DNA of 63,266 nucleotides, filler included, from Octopus bimaculoides (Eukaryota): NCBI RefSeq assembly GCF_001194135.2. It is 7 parts of 7 records of this genome, joined end to end, with 100 filler letters (N's around TTAATTAATTAA, not from the genome) between each part and the next. Parts side by side here need not be neighbours in the genome. Positions count along the whole stretch, not along the records: positions 18,765 to 30,553 come from NC_069003.1; positions 30,654 to 44,541 come from NC_069008.1; 5 more parts are not named here. One strand, 5' to 3'. Shown piece by piece: positions 24,901 to 35,324 of this stretch (position 1 is its first letter; each line of letters starts with the position of its first letter). The notes under the pieces were generated by a model. It saw only the letters and a program-made list of their open reading frames with translations, ran no database searches and was not told where the DNA came from. The position numbers and the translations under genes were made by a program.

Positions 24901-25851
24901 TTTTTTAAAAATGTATATATTAATTATACTGTATTTTATTCTGTGTTTTTTTTTTCATTCGTCAGTGAATCTGTGTGCTGATGTTGGTGGGGTGGCTACC
25001 CCTAATTGAAAGGAATATATGGTGGTTGGGTGGGATGGCACATCGTTAGTAACATAGTTATTTCCGTTTTTAGCAAACAATATAACAACCGTATAACCTT
25101 GAACTGGTTCTATTATAAAGGAGACTTGAATGAAGGGGGTAACTTTCAGACATCCCCCCACTATGTGGTATTTTCTTTATATTTATTTATTTCTTCTATT
25201 TACAAAATAAAGTAGGCCCTACATTTTCTTTTCATCTACTTTTGAATCTCTATAATAACTTTGCTGGTGTCCATCTGCTGTAAAACTTAATATTCAGCAA
25301 ATTTTTAACAGTTAAATAGATTACTCGTTAAAAACTGGTATTCCCATGTCTATTTTGTTGGTTTTGCTGGTGCTGTTGTTGTTGTTGTTGTTATTGTTGG
25401 TGCTGTTTGTTGTTGCTACTGGTGCTATTGTCACTGTTTGATATATATATATATATCCGCACATACATACATGAATATATTTATACATATATATATATGT
25501 ATGTATATACATACATGCATACATACATACAAACGTACGTATGTATGTATGTTAGGGACCGTCAAACGCTAGCCTGTGGAGAGGTCTTCACATGAGACCT
25601 GCTAGAAATAGCAACGAAATCAAACGTTAGCATTTTCACTTACGAGGGATAACCGTAAACTCCGACTCCGACTCCGACATACACATACACACACACACAT
25701 ATATTATATAGATATATACATTCACATGGACATACACAAACGCACAAATACATACATGCTTATATACATACAGATGCTAGCTGCGAATGTAATTGTTGGA
25801 ACATGTAAAACTTTCCAAATGTTTAGTATAAGTACATAAGAATATGCACAA

Positions 25852-25896
<45 letters not shown>

Positions 25897-25978
25897 TGTG
25901 TGTATGCTCAGAGAAACGGAACGAGACAGATAAATGACAACAAGCGTAAACAAGGCATTTATGTGAAAAGCTGCGTAT

Positions 25979-26040
<62 letters not shown>

Positions 26041-26127
26041 GGGGGGGGGTATATATATATATATATATATATATAATTCAAGAATAGGATAAAAATCTTT
26101 ATAAGAATTTGTCAGGTGCATACACGA

Positions 26128-26255
26128 TGGGTTTCTTTTCAGTTTCTGTCTACCACATCCACACACGAGGCTTTGGTCGTTTTGCAACTATAGCAGAAGA
26201 CACTTGCCCAAGTTTCCACACAGAGGGACTGAACCACACAGCCATAGTTGCATTT
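26128..26255 (-). mobile_element. SINE family B fragment
   Basis: TTTCAGTTTCTGTCTACC..CTATAGCAGAAGACACTTGCCCAAG..GGGACTGAACC. Confidence 0.8.
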
Positions 26256-26269
26256 GCGCTTGAAGTATA

Positions 26270-26651
26270 TACGAGATAGTACCAAAAAGTTCCCGGACCA
26301 GTTTTATAGCTCACCACTAGATGGCAGCACACGGTTGCGTGCACAGTAAGAGCTAGCAGTGACATTCATGAGGCAGTGTGCCAAGTGACATTGCTGTGTT
26401 TTCTTCGCAAGTTGTGATCGTGGTCTATGATGTAGTAGTCTGCAATATTATCATGGTCAGATAGTTGGAACAAAGAAGCGACGTGAAACTTTGTATTAAG
26501 CTGGAGAAGTCTGCTACAGAGACATTGAGCATGCTTCGGCGAGCTTGCGGTGACGAGGCAATGGATCGTACGCAATATTTTGAATGGAACGGGTGCTTCA
26601 AAATCGGAAGAACGTCTCTAGAAGACGATGAGCGATCTGGAAAACCGGTCC
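26270..26651 (+). mobile_element. Mariner transposon 5' fragment (left TIR and HTH of the transposase)
   Basis: TACGAG..AAAAGTTCCCGGAC terminus; EQRSDVKLCIKLEKSATETLSMLRRACGDEAM..FEW..FKIGRTSLEDDERSGKP. Confidence 0.85.
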
Positions 26652-26724
26652 TACGAGTTTCTATAACCCGGGAAGAAATTTTATCCTCTAAAAGATTGAA
26701 TAACACAGATCAAAAGGAAACAAG

Positions 26725-26870
26725 TTGGTGATAATGAGTTCCAGAGAGCAGCGGTTGAAGGAAAGAAGTTACTAGAATAAAAAGATAGAGAAACAAATGC
26801 GCCTAGAAACATAAGCGGTTGACATGTTTAAAGGCCTTGACAGAGAGTACAAGATCAGAGATTTCAGCTG
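26725..26870 (-). mobile_element. CR1/L2-like LINE 3' fragment
   Basis: GAGTTCCAGAGAGCAGCGGTTGAAGGAAAGAA reads FFPSTAALWN on the minus strand. Confidence 0.5.
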
Positions 26871-27153
26871 AATAATGACGTCAGAAAAACACACAAATAT
26901 AGGAAAAGACTCAGCGATGATACTTATCTATTACTATCTGCTTAACTAAAAGCGTGGTAGTGAAATTCTGTTGGAGAACGATGAATGACTGTATTTGAGG
27001 AGAATAAACATACAGGAATTTGATTTATAAACAAATTGATCCATCGGAAATTAAAAACCAAACATCCTCAAGATTAATGGATTCTAAAATTTTTTGTAAA
27101 TTACAAAACGGGAAAGTATTTCTGAATTCAAACGATGTCGGTTGAGAGAAAGC

Positions 27154-28388
27154 TTAACCTTTTAGCATTCAGAATTATTCTGTCAAATGTAATGCTTATT
27201 TATTGGAACTGTTCTGAGTTAATTATGCATTATCTTATAACTTCAAGATTTCAGTGAAATGATTGTTCGTTTTTTAGAATAACATTGTAGGGTAAGTGTG
27301 AAAGGTTAGATAACCGTATTTTAACGTGTATAAGGAACCCTTTTTTGTCAAATAGTAGGTTAAAAAATATGGGAGTTTCTTATACATGGATAGTATTTTA
27401 ATCTCTTACAAAACCTTTTTTCCAAATCTTAAGCCTCAAAAATTAGGGGATTCATTATACACGTTAAAATAGGGTGCATCATCAAATGTAACGCTTATTC
27501 ATTGAAATTGTTTTGAGTTAATTCTACATTATCTTATAATTTCAAGATTTCAGTGAAATGATTGTTTGTTTGTTTTTTTAGAATAACATTGTAGGGTAAG
27601 TGTGAAAGGTTAGATCTAACTGATTTGAACATAAAGCAGGTATAATATTTGAGCCAGATGCGACTGATTTAAGCCTTTAACATTCAGATTACTTCATCAG
27701 ATGTAAAGCTTATTTATTCACATTAATTTGAGGTAACCATATATTATTGTAGGGTATGTATGAGAGGATGGATTTGGCTGGTTGAATATAAAACAGATAG
27801 AACATTTGGGCTAGATATAACCGGTTTAAATGCTAGAGAGATAAATGAAGTTAACTATGAAGTTTGTGTGCTTCTGAATGGCTAATATGGTTCTTATTTG
27901 GATGTTATTTAACCCTCTAGCATTCAGATTTCTCTGTCGAATGCAATGCTTATCTATTCACATTGTTTTGAATTAATCATGTATTATACCATAGTTTCCA
28001 GATTTCAATGTGATTGTTTATTTTTGTAATGACATGGCAGGATATTTTAGCGGTATATCGCTGATTTCACCCTTTAGAATACAGATTCCTTTGTTAAATG
28101 TAACGCTTTTTCATTCACAATATTTTGAATTAATCATACATTATCTTATAGCTTCAACATGTCAATGATGTGATCGTTTATTGCTTGTTAAATGTAATGT
28201 TTGTTTATTCACACTGTTTTGAATTACATTATTTACGTTATTTACATTTGACGGATATTCGTCCTCATCTTGTTTGTTGTTAACACACCGTTTCGGTTGA
28301 TATACCCTCCAGCCTTCCTCGGGTGTCTTGGGAAAAGTTCGAACCTGGCTTCTCATTCCTAAGGTATTTTTCGATGTTGTTGTTGCTG

Positions 28389-28456
<68 letters not shown>

Positions 28457-28854
28457 GTTATTATTATTATCATTATTATTATTATTTAAGTCACTGCCTG
28501 GTATCGAACTCGGAATTTTGGGGTTAGTAGCCCGCGCTCTTAACCACTACGCCTGATGAAGGCTGGAGGGTATATCAGCCGAAGGGTTGTGTTAACAAGA
28601 AACAAGATGAGGACAAATATCCATCAAATGTAAATAATGTAAATAATGTACATAATTCCTCATCTCTTAAATATAGAACTGTTTTGAATTAATCATGAAT
28701 TATCTCAGATCTTTCAGATTTTGATGATTTGTTTGTTCACCTTTAGAATGACATTGTAGGTTAAGTGTGAGAGACCAGGTCTGGTTGATTTGTACATAAC
28801 ACGGGTATAGAATATTTGAGCCAGATATGGCCGGTTTAAATATTAAAGGATTCA
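27154..28854 (+). repeat. Cluster of about six partial or complete copies of the MITE family seen at 40325, all in the same orientation
   Basis: Recurrent (C)CCTTTAGCATTCAGA, TCAAATGTAA(T/C)GCTT, TTTAGAAT(A/G)ACATTGTAGG and CCGGTTTAAAT blocks at ~27154, 27480, 27672, 27909, 28070, 28190/28690. Confidence 0.75.
28226..28677. mobile_element. tRNA-headed SINE with hammerhead-like 3' module, inserted as an inverted (head-to-head) structure
   Basis: Minus-strand unit 28552->28226: tRNA-like head GGCGTAGTGGTT...GAGTTCGATACC, (AAT)n, hammerhead-like 28282-28327, AATGTAAAT tail. Plus-strand partial unit 28553-28677 starts at CTGATGA. 14-bp TSD ACTGTTTTGAATTA at 28213-28226 and 28678-28691. Confidence 0.8.
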
Positions 28855-28869
28855 AAGATTGAACATCAT

Positions 28870-28990
28870 AGACCAAAGGAAAGCAAAAACGATGGTTGTG
28901 AGTTCCAGAAAGTAGCAGTTCGAGGAAAGAAGCTCTAAGTCCGCATCTAATAGCAATCTCGATAGTGAAGCCGGTGACACGATTTATCTT
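28870..28990 (-). mobile_element. CR1/L2-like LINE 3' fragment
   Basis: GAGTTCCAGAAAGTAGCAGTTCGAGGAAAGAA reads FFPRTATFWN on the minus strand. Confidence 0.45.
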
Positions 28991-29587
28991 TGATATTTGT
29001 AGCAACCGTATCCTACTGTTTTTGAATGACATAATTTTGTAGTAATATTATCTCAGTGAATGAGAAGAAATATACACTTTAAATGAAACACGCTTGTAAT
29101 AACAAACAGCATTACAGTAGATTCAGAAAATCTGCGTGGTTAGAAATAGGTTTTAAAAAAGTCTGGTGTGTGGTATCTAGGCTGCTTGTGGATGTGAATG
29201 GTGCTTGCGTACTGATGATTAAAGAAAAGTAAAGAATTGCAAGAACTACATAGGAGTTCATGTAATTAGAAGTTAATACAGAGAAAGGAGGTGAATGCGA
29301 GAAACAACCTAGCACTTACAGACAAGCACACACGCATACACACGCTCACACACGCACACACACACAAACACATATGCACACAAATGCACACACTCATACG
29401 CAATGTGCAAGAGCTTGTGTGACAATCAGTACATCTGTTAAAACAGTTCAATTTTTTTTCCTTCATAGCTAATGCTTGGAATATTTCTTAAGAAATTTTT
29501 ATGCTTGAAGGTCACTATTATGGCATAGTCAAAGGTGGTGAGCGGGGCGTCGGGCAAAACTGCTTATTATTATTATTATTATTATTA

Positions 29588-29995
29588 TAGACGTCGCATA
29601 GTATACAATATCGTGAGGTTGTTCATTGAAGCTATTGTGTCTGCCGGGGGGGGGGGTTGTACTATTTGCCAAGTCACAACAATGACCTGAGCCAGACAGT
29701 ACTTTACGCAATATGCATGAAGTTCCAAATAACGCCGACTTTTAGAATACACCCAGATATTAAAAGTTTTCAGATTTTTTTTTTTTCAGATTTGGGTGGT
29801 ATTTGGGTGGTATCCATGACAAAATGGATAACCTTTATGTTCGATTCTCGTAGTTGCCACATCTTAGCGATCTCAATTCTCAGTTCTCCATATTTATCAA
29901 CCTTTTCTATTTCTTCCATGATGATATGTTGATCTCCTGGCGCTACCATATCAATTATTAGGCACTCTTGTTTGTCCCACATAAAGGTTACTATA
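29588..29995 (-). mobile_element. R4/Dong-like 3' end (RLE domain and 3' UTR) ending in (TAA)n
   Basis: PNIVTFMWDKQECLIIDMVAPGDQHIIMEEIEKVDKYGELRIEIAKMW, then LRKVL, then (TAA)n at 29587-29567. Confidence 0.8.
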
Positions 29996-30679
29996 TTTGG
30001 CCCTCGGTGCAGTCCCAGGCGATTTTTGCGCGTGTGTGAGTGAGAGGTAAAAAGATATGTGTGTGCCTGTGGGAGAGAAAGATTTATATATGTGTGTGTA
30101 TGTGTGCGTGTGTGAGAGAGAAGAGAAAGAAAGATATATGTGTGTGTAAGTGCGCGCGCGTGTGTGTGTGTAGACAGCAATTGCTGCATATAGCTAGATA
30201 TGACATATTTCTCGCTCACTCTCACTCACACTCTCAACACACAAACGCTCACTCACACACATAATATTGTATGTTTGAATATATATATATATGTATCTAT
30301 ATATGTATGTATATATGTGAGAGTGTGTATATCTATATGCTTGTATGTATACATGTATGTATTCATATATACATATGTGTGTGTGTGTGTGCGTGTGTAT
30401 ACATATGTATATAAATATGTATGTATATATGTATACGAATATATGGTGTGTCTGTATGATTACGTGTGTGTACTAATTTATAAATTTGTCTATTTTAAAA
30501 AGTAATTAATTAAACGAGAAAAATGTACAACATTACATATAAATATTTCTATANNNNNNNNNNNNNNNNNNNNNNNNNNNNNNNNNNNNNNNNNNNNTTA
30601 ATTAATTAANNNNNNNNNNNNNNNNNNNNNNNNNNNNNNNNNNNNNNNNNNNNCCAAAATTCAATTCTTTTTTAATATT

Positions 30680-30856
30680 TATTTTTTTATTGCCCACAAG
30701 GGGCTAAACATAGAGGGGACAAACAAGGACAGACAAAGGGATTAAGTCGATTACATCGACGCCAGTGCGTAACTGGTACTTATTTAATCGCCACCGAAAG
30801 GATGAAAGGCAAAGTCGACCTCGGCGGATTTTGAACTCAGAACATAACGGCAGACG
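30680..30856 (-). mobile_element. SINE family A, young, 5'-truncated
   Basis: TTATTGCCCACAAGGGGCTAAACA..AAAGGCAAAGTCGACCTCGGCGGA..GAACTCAGAAC. Confidence 0.9.
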
Positions 30857-31364
30857 TAATATTATCAACATAATCGTTATCTACAACCTCGAAAAATTAT
30901 TTCTGCAAAGCGTTATTTACAAATACACAAATTTGAGAAAATTTCACGAAAACAAAGTCGTGGGGCACTAAAGTGTAGAAATACCTTTAGTTGTCGCTGT
31001 TGCAAGTGTTAAATTGAAAGATATCCTGCCAGTGGGAATTGGTTGAAAACTGTAGAGAAGTCAGTCGTGTATAAAACTGATAATGTTAACTGGGTGTTCC
31101 CATTTAATAACTTATTGAACGAAAAGGGGAAAGAAATGAAACGGTAAAAAGATGCAATTAACAAATTAGAAGTATAATGGAGGAATAAGACACAAGTGGA
31201 TTTATTGGATTTTCATTGGTCAATTCGGGTCACGTGATACGACGTAAACATGCTACAAACGAGGGTTCATGTGTTTACATAAATACTAACGTATGTGCTT
31301 GCGTGCGCTTATATTTCTGTTTCTGCGGTGAGAGCCGTTTATGTCACGTACAGTGAGACAACAG

Positions 31365-31613
31365 GAGGCGCAATGGCCCAGTGGTTAGGGCAGTGGACTC
31401 GCGGTTTCGATTCCCAGACCGGGCGTTGTGAGTGTTTATTGAGCGAAAACACCTAAAAGCTCCACGAGGCTCCGGCAGGGGATGGTGGCGAACTGTGCTC
31501 TACTCTTCCATAACAACTTTCTCTCACTCTTTCTTCCTGTTTCTGTTGTGCCTGTAATTCAAAGGGTCAGCTTTGTCACACTGTGTCACGCTGAATATGC
31601 GTGAGGACTACGT
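31365..31613 (+). mobile_element. SINE family C, 3'-truncated by the adjacent inverted-repeat structure
   Basis: Near-identical to 17049-17310. Confidence 0.9.
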
Positions 31614-31721
31614 GGTACTGCTAAAGAAGAGTGGTCCCCAACGCGCAGTCGCGCTAGCTAGTCGTGAGTATTCGATCCTATAAGTGCGCGTGCGAGCGTG
31701 TTAGAAGTCAACAAAAACAGG

Positions 31722-32092
31722 GGCACTGTCATGGTATTAGCTGTCAGAAGTGAAAGTAGAAAAATCTGACAAGGAACGTTACTGCTGGTTTGAGTTGATT
31801 CTTTGGCTACTGACAGCTAATACCATGACTGGCCGGAGCGAGCTATCTGTCTGTCTGTCTCTCTCTCTCTCTATCTATCTATCTATCACTCGAAAGTTAT
31901 TGGAACAAATTTGACTCCTATATCCATGCGCTTGAAAACACACAGAGTATAAGGGTACTACTAAAGCAGAGTGGTCCCGAACGCGCAGTCGCGCGTCCGC
32001 GCTAGCTAGTCGTGAGTGGTCGATCCTATTATTTTTAAATTTGCGTTTTCTAATTTGATAAATTCTACGGACACAAACAGAGTTGAACGAGT

Positions 32093-32135
<43 letters not shown>

Positions 32136-32280
32136 TGAGACAGACAGACAGACAGATAGCTCGCTCTGGCCAGTCATGGTATTAGCTGTCAGTAGCCAAA
32201 GAATCAACTCAAACCAGCAGTAACGTTCATTGTCAGATTTTTCTACTTTCAATTCTGACAGCTAATACCATGACAGTGCC
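31722..32280. repeat. Near-perfect ~170-bp inverted repeat with nested 20-bp hairpins and a 195-bp spacer
   Basis: Arms 31722-31892 and 32088-32280, three mismatches seen in the non-microsatellite part; inner stem GTCATGGTATTAGCTGTCAG/CTGACAGCTAATACCATGAC; direct repeat 31614-31680 vs 31954-32028. Confidence 0.9.
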
Positions 32281-32395
32281 AAATTTTGAACAAAAACGAA
32301 AACATTTTTTAATGTTCTCTAAAGAAAAAGATTTATTTTATTTCACAGTTAATAGATTTCGCCCCAGGGTGAATCCTTTTGCAGTATTTCATATT

Positions 32396-33694
32396 TCACA
32401 ATGACAAATTTTTTTCTCCACTGTGGATACGTTTGTGGATAACTAGACTAGAGCTGTAAGTGAAAGATTTTCCGCATATTTCACAGTGGAAAGGTTTTTC
32501 TCCAGTGTGTATCCTTATGTGCCTTGTTAAGTCACTGCTAGACACAAACATTGTCCCACATATTTCGCAGTGGTAAGGTTTTTCTCCAGTGTGAATACGT
32601 TTGTGTAGTTGAAGACCAGAATTTTGAGTGAAAGATTTCCCACAAATTTCACAGTGGAAAGGTTTTATTCCAGTGTGTATTCTTAGGTGATTTTTTAAAC
32701 TAATATTAGATACAAAATATTTCTCACATAATTGACAATTATATGGTTGTATTCCAGTATGCAGTCTTTCATGAACTATAAGCTTAGATTTATCAGAAAA
32801 TGATTTTGAACATATTTCACAATCATATGGTTTTTCTCCTGTGTGTTGTCTTTCATGGACTGCAAGATTATATTTATCAGAGAAAGATTTCCCACACATT
32901 TCACAGTGGAACGGTTTTTCTCCAGTATGTATTATTTTGTGTCTTCTTACATTACTACTCCTAACGAAATATTTCCCGCATATTTCACAATGGTACGGTT
33001 TCTCTCCAGTGTGTGTACGCTTGTGTGTCATTAAATTACTGCTATTAACAAAAGATTTCCCACATATTTCACAATGATAGGGTTTCTCGCCAGTATGTAT
33101 TATCTTGTGTCTGTTTAAATCATTTATATAAACGAAAGATTTCCCACAGATTTCACAATGGAAAGGTTTTTCTCCTGTGTGTATTCGTTTGTGCGTTGTT
33201 AGGACAGTACTAGAAACAAAAAATTTCTCACATATTTCACATTGGAACGGTTTTTCTCCTGTATGACTACGTGTATGAACAACAAGATTAGAATTCTGAG
33301 TGAAAGTTTTCCCACATATTTCACAGTGGAAAGGTTTTTCCCCCGTGTGTATTCTTTTGTGTCTTGTTAAATCTCCGCTTGAAACAAAAGATTTCTCACA
33401 TATTTCACAGTGGAATGGTTTTTCTCCAGTGTGATTACGTTTGTGAACAACAAGATGAGAATTCTTAAGAAATGATTTCCCACATATTTCACAATGGAAC
33501 GGTTTCTCTTTACAGTGCCTTTCTTTGTGTGAGAAGACTTCATCTTCTGAAGAGAAAGTCTGCCTACAAATCTCACAGCGATATTCAGGAACATTTTTGT
33601 CTTCAGCTTTCTCATCCCGATCTGTTTCTCTAACTGTATCTGTAATTTTAAAAACAGTTGTGCTAGAAAAATCCAAATGATCAACGTTCTCCAT
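32396..33694 (-). CDS. C2H2 (Kruppel-type) zinc-finger protein, 432 aa, 14 fingers, uninterrupted ORF (ZNF-1)
   Basis: 37-aa leader MENVDHLDFSS..., then 14 C-x2-C-x12-H-x3-H units at a 28-aa period with TGEKP-type linkers. AATAAA on the minus strand at 32332-32337. Confidence 0.95.
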   Translation of the reverse strand: MENVDHLDFSSTTVFKITDTVRETDRDEKAEDKNVPEYRCEICRQTFSSEDEVFSHKERHCKEKPFHCEICGKSFLKNSHLVVHKRNHTGEKPFHCEICEKSFVSSGDLTRHKRIHTGEKPFHCEICGKTFTQNSNLVVHTRSHTGEKPFQCEICEKFFVSSTVLTTHKRIHTGEKPFHCEICGKSFVYINDLNRHKIIHTGEKPYHCEICGKSFVNSSNLMTHKRTHTGEKPYHCEICGKYFVRSSNVRRHKIIHTGEKPFHCEMCGKSFSDKYNLAVHERQHTGEKPYDCEICSKSFSDKSKLIVHERLHTGIQPYNCQLCEKYFVSNISLKNHLRIHTGIKPFHCEICGKSFTQNSGLQLHKRIHTGEKPYHCEICGTMFVSSSDLTRHIRIHTGEKPFHCEICGKSFTYSSSLVIHKRIHSGEKNLSL

Positions 33695-33929
33695 ATTAAT
33701 TCTTGAGCAACTCTCAAAAAGCTGACGAGTGTCTGCGACGAGTTAATTAATCTATTATGGTTGAGTTTCTTGTCTTAGATATCACAGATCTTTGTTTACA
33801 TGTGTGGAGCAGATGTAATGTAGATATATTTTCTACTCACCAGTAGAATGTTTGATATAAAGTCCAAATGAAAAGTGAAGAAGTGTGAAGAAAGCTCATT
33901 GATTGATTTGTTTTTGATTAAAAGCCATT

Positions 33930-33960
33930 TCGCCTGTCCTGTAAAATAGGGAACAACCAA
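33930..33960 (-). other. 3' splice acceptor upstream of ZNF-1 (intron AG at 33940-33939)
   Basis: Minus strand GTTAATTGGTTGTTCCCTATTTTACAG|GACAGG: branch-like TTAAT, pyrimidine tract, CAG. The 19-nt core CCCTATTTTACAGGACAGG is identical in all three paralogues. Confidence 0.75.
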
Positions 33961-34609
33961 TTAACGATGTAAAGCTGTGATCAAATGAAATATTTAATCA
34001 TTAAGGTGAAGGAACACATGTACGTCGTCCTATTTGTTCCACAAATACTAACGTTCATCTTAACATGCAATAATTACTTCGTACAATATAATAAGGTTTA
34101 GCTCAACTAGTCAGAAACACAGCTATGTGGTGTCGATAAATATTTATCTCCCTTGTTTGAACGATGCCGGTGACATACATAAAATGTCTTCGACATAATT
34201 TAGCAGTGAGAAAATAATTATTCGAATTTGTTCCTTCTTAAAAGTGGTAAATATGAAGAAAAAAATAAATAGTAAAAATAACAACTATTTATCAGCGACG
34301 AAGCCCCTAGGTAGTAGCTCGATGTGCCAGAAATAAGTTCACTGCCCTTCCTTCTTAAAAGAAGGTAACATTCGACAGTATAGAATCGGATATATAAACT
34401 TGTGACGGTTACGGGTAGAATATCTTTGATTATAGATCTGTTTGATCATGCTAGCCTGCGTCTACAAGACAATCTTGGTTTATATTGCGTTAAATACGAA
34501 TAATGGTTTCAAATTTTGACACAAGGCTGGTATTTATTTTATCAGCAGAGTGGACTGTGCTTTTTATGTGGTACCAGCACAATAATGGTCAGTTTTAATA
34601 ACAAGTCTT

Positions 34610-34988
34610 TTATTCCTTTACTTGTGTCAGTCATCTGACTGCAGCCATGCTGGAGCACCACCTTTAATCGAGAAAATCAACCCTCAGGACTTATTCTTTA
34701 CAAGCATAGTACTCATTCTATCAGCTCCTTTTTTGCCAAACTGCTAAGTTTCAGGGATGTAAACACACCAGCATCGGTTGTCAAGTGATGTTGGGGGGGG
34801 AGACAAATAACTGCACACACATACGAGAGGCTTCTTTCAGTTTCCATCTACCAAATCCACTCACAAGGCTTTGGTCAGCTCAAGGCTATATAGCAGAAGA
34901 CACTTGCCCAAAGTGCCACATAGTGGGACTGAACCTAGAACCATGTGGTTGGTAAGCAATCTACTTACCACATAGCCACTCCTGTGCC
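34610..34988 (-). mobile_element. SINE family B, full-length, between ZNF-1 and ZNF-2
   Basis: GCAGCCATGCTGGAGCACC..GCTAAGTT..GGTTGTCAAG..; GGCTTCTTTCAGTTTCC..GAAGACACTTGCCCAA..TACTTACCACATAGCC. Confidence 0.9.
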
Positions 34989-35324
34989 TATGATTAACAT
35001 AGTGAATAGGAGATTTTGAAGTACACTCCCTACAACTTGGATTTGAAGGGAACTGGTAAGGGCAGTGACTTGTAGGGAGTGCAAGGGTGGTCATACTTAC
35101 TTTAATAAAACGTTTTCTGTGGTACTTTAATATGTACTTTAATAAAATGTTTCTGGAAAAAATATATCAAGTGACTAAAAAATATAATCTAACTAGTTAG
35201 AAGATTTTAATTTCAAAATGCATAAATATTTTATATCTTTTATAAGATAAGAATTAAAATGACAAAAAAACAAAAAGGGTTCTCCAAAGAAAAGGATTTA
35301 CATATTTCAGTCCAAATTTTTTCT

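Noticed and set aside
24955-25175. Possible mariner terminus (ACTTTCAGACATCCCCCCACTA)
   Set aside because: Only one TIR-like end and no transposase similarity; too weak to list as a feature.
28490-28552. tRNA-like sequence with an apparent ACT anticodon (also the tRNA-like heads at 17049, 18900-18962 and 31365)
   Set aside because: No proper acceptor stem, and each continues into a repeat body. They are SINE heads, not tRNA genes.
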